Source: the human T2T-CHM13v2.0 reference genome, Homo sapiens. From it: a stretch of DNA of 64,000 nt. The stretch is taken from assembly GCF_009914755.1 (NCBI RefSeq), contig NC_060941.1; one strand, given 5' to 3'. The notes under the pieces are model-generated. The model searched no databases. It had not been told where the DNA came from and worked only from the letters and a program-made list of their open reading frames with translations. This document shows, one piece after another, positions 58,030 to 64,000 of the stretch (position 1 is the first letter of the stretch; every line of letters begins with the position of its first letter). A program made the translations under genes and the position numbers.

Positions 58030-58615
58030 CTTCCAAATGCTGGGATATCAAAGTACAAATCCCTGCTCTCCGGCTCAGCATTTGTGTGACTTTGGGTACA
58101 TTCCTCGGCCTCTCCATATTCATTTCTTCATCTGCAAGCAGTAAGAACACCCATCTCAAGGGTTTTCCATGAAGGCTAAGTTTTAACCAATGTGATAACT
58201 TATATAAAGTGTCTGGCAAAAGAAGGAGCTTGTATTAGTCCATTCTCACGCTGCTATAAGGACATATCCAAGACTGGGTAATATATAAAGGAAAGAGGTT
58301 TCATTGACTCACAGTTCCACAGGGCTGGGGAGGCCTCAGGAAACTGACAATCATGGTGGAAGGGGAGGCAAACACGTCCTTCTTCATATGGTGGCAGCAA
58401 GGAGAAGTGCAGAGCGAGGCAGGGAAAGGCCCCTTTTAAAACCGTCAGATCTCATGAGAACTCACTCACTGTCATGAGAATAGTATGGGGGGAATCACCC
58501 CCATGATTCAATTATCTCCCTGTGGTCCCACCACCTGGGATTATTACAATTCAAGATGAAACTTTGGGTGGGGACATAGCCAAACCACATCCGAGTTCAA
58601 TAAGTATAACTAGTA
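58030..58615 (+). mobile_element. MIR with THE1 inserted in its tail
   Basis: tgtgtgactttggg...tataaagtgtctggca. Confidence 0.75.
58231..58592 (-). mobile_element. THE1D-like solo LTR
   Basis: tgtattagtccattctcacgctgcta...agccaaaccacatc; TSD gagct/gagtt. Confidence 0.95.
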
Positions 58616-59299
58616 ACTCTCTTCCCCTTGGTTTTTTCTAGAAATTCTGCCTAGTAAGAAATACGCGGGAACACATGGGGCAAATCTAACTGGTCCCTCC
58701 AAACCACCCTCAAGCCCTTTCTGCCTCTTGCATGGCATCCTGGGAGAGTGGATAGAGATGAGTTAGAGAATTGGAAGGCCCACGAGCCAGTCCTGTCTCG
58801 GCCACTTGCCAGCTGGGTGACCTTGGGCAAGAAATATAACCTCTCTGGAGACCTGGAGATTGCACACTGAAAGAATTTTATAAATGATAAAGGGCTGGTC
58901 AAACAAAGATGGTGGCACAGCTCTCAGATGTAGCGTGGGGATAGAAGCCATCACTCCACATGTTTTATTTTTAGAGGACAGCTGGACAAAGGACTCTCCT
59001 CCACAAAAGACTAGGGAAGGCAGTTTGGTTAATGGTCCTTCACCCACAGGCCAAAAGGTGAAAGGTCACAGCAAGGCCTTGTCTACCAGGAGGATTCCTG
59101 CTGGGAGGCCTGGGGGCTGGCCGCCCTTGCAGGCCCAGAGCGACTGGTTTTCCAACCAAATAAAAGGACACTTTGTATTCAGGATTCTAGGGAAGAATAA
59201 AGAGAAGGAGGAGAGTGGCGAGACTGAGGCTCCCAGAGTCTCCCCCTTGCTTCCTCACTAACTGAGCAGAATCCAGTGGCTCATTTAATGGCGGCCATC

Positions 59300-59478
59300 A
59301 TTGCTATTATTAGTTAATACCTACTGAACACTATCTAGGGCCCAGCATGGTGCTAGATAAGCACTGTCTCATTGAACCTTCATGACTGCCCAGTGCAAGG
59401 TTGATATACATTAATTAAGCTCCTCATTTGGCTGATCTGGCAACTGAAGTTAGAGGCACTTCCCTGCCTGACTCCAGG
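59300..59478 (-). mobile_element. MIR abutting the minisatellite
   Basis: tactgaacactatctagggcccagcatggtgcta...gcctgactccag. Confidence 0.6.
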
Positions 59479-59480
59479 TA

Positions 59481-60332
59481 TGTGGCATCCTATGTAAATG
59501 CTCACCACCAATGTGCCATCCTATGTAAGTGCTCACCACCAGTGTGCCATCCTATTAGTTGTCCATCACCAATGTGCCATCCTATGTAGGTGCTCATCAC
59601 CAATGTGCCATCCTATGTAAATGCTCACCACCAATGTGCCACCCTATGTAATTGCCCATCACCAGTGTGCCATCCTATGTAGTTGTCTATCACCAATGTG
59701 CCATCCTATGTAGGTGCTCATCACCAATGTGCCATCCTATGTAAATGCTCACCACCAATGTGCCACCCTATGTAATTGCCCATCACCAGTGTGCCATCCT
59801 ATGTAGTTGTCTATCACCAATGTGCCATCCTATGTAGGTGCTCATCACCAATGTGCCATCCTATGTAAATGCTCACCACCAATGTGCCATCCTATGTAAA
59901 TGCTTACCCATTACCTGCGTGCCATCCTACATAAGTGCTTGCTCATCACCTGCATGCCATCCTATGTGAGTGCTCATCACCTGTGTGCCATCCTATGTAA
60001 GTGCTCACCACCCATATGCCATCCTATGTAAGTGTGGCTCATCACCTGTATGCCAACCTGTATAAGTGCTCACAACCCATGTTCCATCCTACGTAAGTGT
60101 GGCTCATTACCTGTGTGCCATCCTATGTAAGTGTGGCTCATTACCTGTGTGCCATCCTATGTACGTGCTCACCACCCACATGTCATCCTATATGAGTGCT
60201 CATCACCCGCATAACATCTTATGTAAGTCCTCATTACCTGCATGCCATCCTACATAAGTAAGTACTCATCACCCGCATGTCATCTTATGTAACTGCTCAT
60301 CACCCAAGTGACGTCCTACATAAGTGCTTACT
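59481..60332. repeat. Minisatellite, ~27 units of 31 bp (30-35), consensus TGTGCCATCCTATGTAAGTGCTCATCACCAA
   Basis: Units parsed directly; 124-bp higher-order periodicity in the left half. Confidence 0.97.
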
Positions 60333-60731
60333 ATAGGTCAGGGTGTATCAGTGAAGCACTGAGGAGATAGAAATGATCCTGCAAAGTGCCTGGGTCATAG
60401 TCCATGAAGTGGGCAAAGGCCTAACAGAAAGAGGGTCACACACAGGGCTTACAGGACCCCACATCCTATCTCCTCCTTGTTCCTATGCTCAGTTTTGGAA
60501 CCACCACCCACAAACTACCCCAGGATTCTAGAATCACGGGGTGCAGGGTCTCCTTCTCCCCTCCCCTACACTCAGCCACTTGTCCAGGCCAATCATTCTG
60601 ATGCAAGGTCAAGCTGCAGGTGCTAGGCTTAGGAGTGACTGACAGTCTTTATTATTGGGTCCTATCACTGAGCGTCGGAAGGCAACCAGTACCAGTTTTG
60701 TTACAAGGAAAGGAACAAGACGGAGAAAAGG

Positions 60732-60870
60732 AGCTGGGTGCAGTGGTGCATGACTGCAGTCTCAGGCACTCAGGTGGCTGAGGCAAGAGGATCATTTAGT
60801 CCAGGAGTTCAAGATGAGCCTGGGCAACCTGGTGAGAACCTGTCTCAAAACCAAAGCAAAACAAAACAAA
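60732..60870 (+). mobile_element. FLAM Alu monomer
   Basis: Monomer with (CAAAA)n tail. Confidence 0.85.
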
Positions 60871-60929
60871 GATCAAGAAAAGGGCAGGTCATTGCAAATA
60901 CAGAGTGAACTTCTTGGGCATCTTCACTT

Positions 60930-61600
60930 AACTGGTGATATCACAGGCTCTCATTTCATCCTCTCAACAGTTCTGGGATGTGATTGGTGTCCCTATTTCA
61001 TAGACAAGGAATCTGAAGATCAGAAAGTGAAGAAACTTGCCTAGGATCACACAGTGAGGAAGTGGGCAAGCCAGATGTCCCATTCCAGTTCATTTCCATC
61101 TAGATCTACAGAGCAGGGAGAAGGAAGCCATTAATCAGGCTTGTAATAGATGCTTGTAAAAGATGCTTCCAAAAAGACTTCTAAGAGGAGGGGCTTCTTG
61201 GGCTTAGGGGTAAACAGAATGGGTTTGGAAGTCAGGCTGCCTGGGTTTGAGTCCTATCTCCACATTCACTAGCTTCCAGACCTCAGTTTCCTCTTGTAAA
61301 AAAAAGGTGATAATAGCAACTACTTCTTGGGGATTGTTGTGAAAATTAAATAAGCAAATGAAGATAAAGCACTAGAATAATGTTTGAAACACAGTAGCCC
61401 AGGCACTATTCTATCATTGAAAAGTAATAATATTATTCCCACTATATGACTATTGAAGGAAGATCATAATTTGTTGAGCATCTATTCTGTGCCAGGTACC
61501 ATGACTGAGGGTATTTCTATTATCACCACTCCACATTATAATACTACAAAGTAAGTGTGGTTATTATCCCCAGATAGAGAAAACCAAAACCCAAGAAGAA
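60930..61600. mobile_element. Cluster of three MIR fragments
   Basis: Cores at ~61000 (-), ~61280 (+), ~61570 (-). Confidence 0.7.
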
Positions 61601-62298
61601 TATGGTAGCCAGCCTCCACGGTGCTCCTCTGGTATTCATGTCCTGCTGTGACCTTCTCCCACATCAAATAGGGCGGATCCATGTAACCAATAGGATGTGG
61701 TGGAAACAAGGGTGCGTGACTTCTGAGGCTACATCATAGAAGACATGGAAGCTCCCATCACTTTCTTAGATGGCTAACTTTGGGGAGGCCAGCCGCCATG
61801 TCATGAGGACACTCAAGCAGCCCTGTGTGGAGGCTGGCATGGGGAGAAACTGAGGCCTCTTGTCAATGGCCAGCACCAATTTGCCAAGTAAGTGAGCTGC
61901 CAAGGTAGTAGATTCTCCAACTTCAGCTGACGTGTTTACCACAGCCTCATGCAAGACCTGTAGCCAGAACCACCCAGGAAAGCCACTCTTAAATTCCTCA
62001 CCATAGAAACTGAGAGATTAAAAAAAAAAATTAAGCCTCTCTCTCTCTTCCTTCCTCTCTCTCTCCCCCCCTCCCTCTCTCTCTCTCTCTCTCCCTCTCT
62101 CTCTCTCTCCCTCTCTTTTCAGTGATGGGGTCTTGCCCTGTTGCCCAGGCTGGAGTGCCATGGGGCAATCATAGCTGACTGCATCCTCAAACTCCTGGGC
62201 TCAAGCGATCCTCCTACCTGAGCATCCTAAGTAGTTTTTTTGTTTTTAAGTCTCTAAGGGTTGGGTAACGTGTTACAGAGAAAATGACAGTGAATACA
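61601..62298 (+). mobile_element. MLT1F-like LTR interrupted by an Alu fragment
   Basis: gccagccgccatgtcatgaggacactcaagcagcc...gccagaaccaccca; ends gtgaataca. Confidence 0.88.
62037..62235 (-). mobile_element. AluJ right arm/FRAM with (TC)n tail
   Basis: (TC)n-rich 62037-62115, then ggggtcttgccctgttgcccaggctggagtg. Confidence 0.85.
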
Positions 62299-63629
62299 GA
62301 GGATGGACAATATGCATGAGAGTAAGATTGAGATGCAGGTGTGCCTGGCTCCAAGTCCATGCCCATAAACCCTACATCATGAAAAAGAAGGAGAAGGATA
62401 TTCGGGTTGTGCCATACGCCTTCCTCCCCTAGCCCCTTTAACCAGAGTCCAGCTGGCTGGGGAATAATGGCACACGAAGACACCATGCTGAAGGCTAGAG
62501 CCAGTCCAGACCTGGCTCAAGAGGAGAGGTGGGGCTGCCCAGGGGCTGGAGGCAGCTGGCTGTCTGCCTCCCTCCTTGTTTTGGGAGGCCCTGCGGAGAG
62601 GAAGGGGTATTCACCTTGTTTGGAAGCTGCCCACTCAGGCCAGTGGCCATGGCAACCCTCACCATTCAGAGCTACTCCTCCAAGCCTGGAACTGCCCAGA
62701 GTACCAGCTGCCACCCTCGTATGTACCCACCACGGCCCAGTCTGCCACCTTCCTCCAGGCAGAGCCTCCCACAGCTGCTGGAGCCTCCCCTAGGAGCTCC
62801 ACTGGGGAGAAGCAGAGGTCCTCTCCTACCCCTTAGCCCTGGGGTCTGGAATTCAACCCTCCCCCACTCTGTTCCCAGTTGCCCTCTGTTTGACAAGAGG
62901 AGCTTGGAAACCACCTCGATCCAGTCCTCAAACTCCCCTTCCCCTGTGCCGCTCTGAATTCCAGGCTATCCCCACGATATAGCCAAAGCACCCTGGCTTG
63001 CTTTGAAAGTGTCTGGGGAGTTTTTGATCCCCTGAAAAAAAAAGGCATTTATTATCAGAGACTGTTTGTACCATATTTTAGTGTCCTCAAGAGACAAAGA
63101 GAATTCTCTCTGCAGTTGAGTAAGCTTCAAAATAGAAAATCGGAGGGTGGGGTAGGTGACGGCCAAAAAGCAATCATTTATCAACCAGCGGGGAAGCAGG
63201 GACCGTAAACCTCTTTGGTGGCTGCAGGTTTCATCACAGCCTGACTTATGCACCTGACTCTGGAGAGGAGGTGAGAATGGGGTGTGCAGAAGTCAGTGGG
63301 TCCCGCAGTCTTCCCTCCTTCAGCGTTGGTGGCCACAGTCTGTCTGTGGTCACTTGCCCCCACAGCCCCCTGCTCTGCCTTCCATTTATCGAGACCTTTC
63401 CCTTGCATTTGCGGAGGGGGAAGAAGCAGAGGTTAGGTTGCTGACATTCTGCACACCCCACAACTCCCCAGAGAAATCCTGGGGCTGATCAGTAGAATCC
63501 AGCCACCTTTCACTGGCAGAAGGCACAGTGTTTTTCTCCCTGGAGGTTTTTAACCTGTTACTTCATGTAAGCCTCCTATTGTCAAATAGAGAGAAACTGA
63601 GGGGCTTTGGAAGCAAACAGACTTGGGAA

Positions 63630-64000
63630 ATTCTTGGCAAATTCTTAACTCTATCTCTTTGTGGGTGACCTGGGATATGTTCCCGGTGTCCTCAGCCTCT
63701 GAGTGCTCTTGGAAGATTAAATGGGATAAACCATGTGGAGTGACCAGTGCGAGGCCCAGCATGTTCTAGAAGCTCAAAGGAATGGCTACCACAAGTCAAG
63801 GTAAGGATGCTACCACTTTTCACAGATGACACAACTGAAGCTCAGAGAGGGTGAGTAACAATCCCAAGGTCACAGATATATTGGGTGCAGAGCCCAAACC
63901 AGGACCTGGGGCTCCAGGTCTCCAACCACCTTGCCGTTTGTTTCTCTCAATCAGACAGACATTTTCATTCCCATCTGTAAAATGGGGATAGGGATAGTAC
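63630..64000. mobile_element. MIR fragments
   Basis: ttttcacagatgacacaactgaagctcagagagg (-); ccatctgtaaaatggggata (+). Confidence 0.8.

Noticed and set aside
59481-60332. CRISPR-like array
   Set aside because: Units are contiguous homologous tandem repeats with no unique spacers, there are no cas genes, and the context is primate.

Overview
Primate (almost certainly human or great-ape) non-coding DNA, intergenic or deep intronic. I can support no protein-coding exon, RNA gene, CRISPR array or CpG-island promoter. Every ORF that resembles a real protein is a dead transposon remnant (Tigger1 transposase, L1 ORF2) or an Alu read-through. The window is dominated by transposon relics: 22 near-full-length Alus plus 5 monomers or fragments, a near-complete Tigger1 with nested L1MA/MER1B/Alu insertions, L1PA/PB/MA/MB/ME fragments, four THE1 solo LTRs, many MLT/MST/LTR16/LTR33 LTRs, hAT and mariner MITEs, MIR, L2 and L3. 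Structure not explained by these families: (1) an unassigned ~170-bp sequence present twice (17711 and 24018, ~88% identical), the second copy interrupting an L2; (2) a complex scar in an L1PB microsatellite with an exact 27-bp copy of DNA from ~915 bp upstream plus inverted L1 duplications; (3) further fold-back or templated micro-insertions at 40957, 46088 and 47376; (4) an ~850-bp minisatellite of 31-bp units with a perfect 124-bp higher-order repeat. I found no evidence for a novel gene system. Repeat family names come from my recollection of Repbase/Dfam consensus sequences, not from a search. Subfamily labels and the edges of old elements are approximate.
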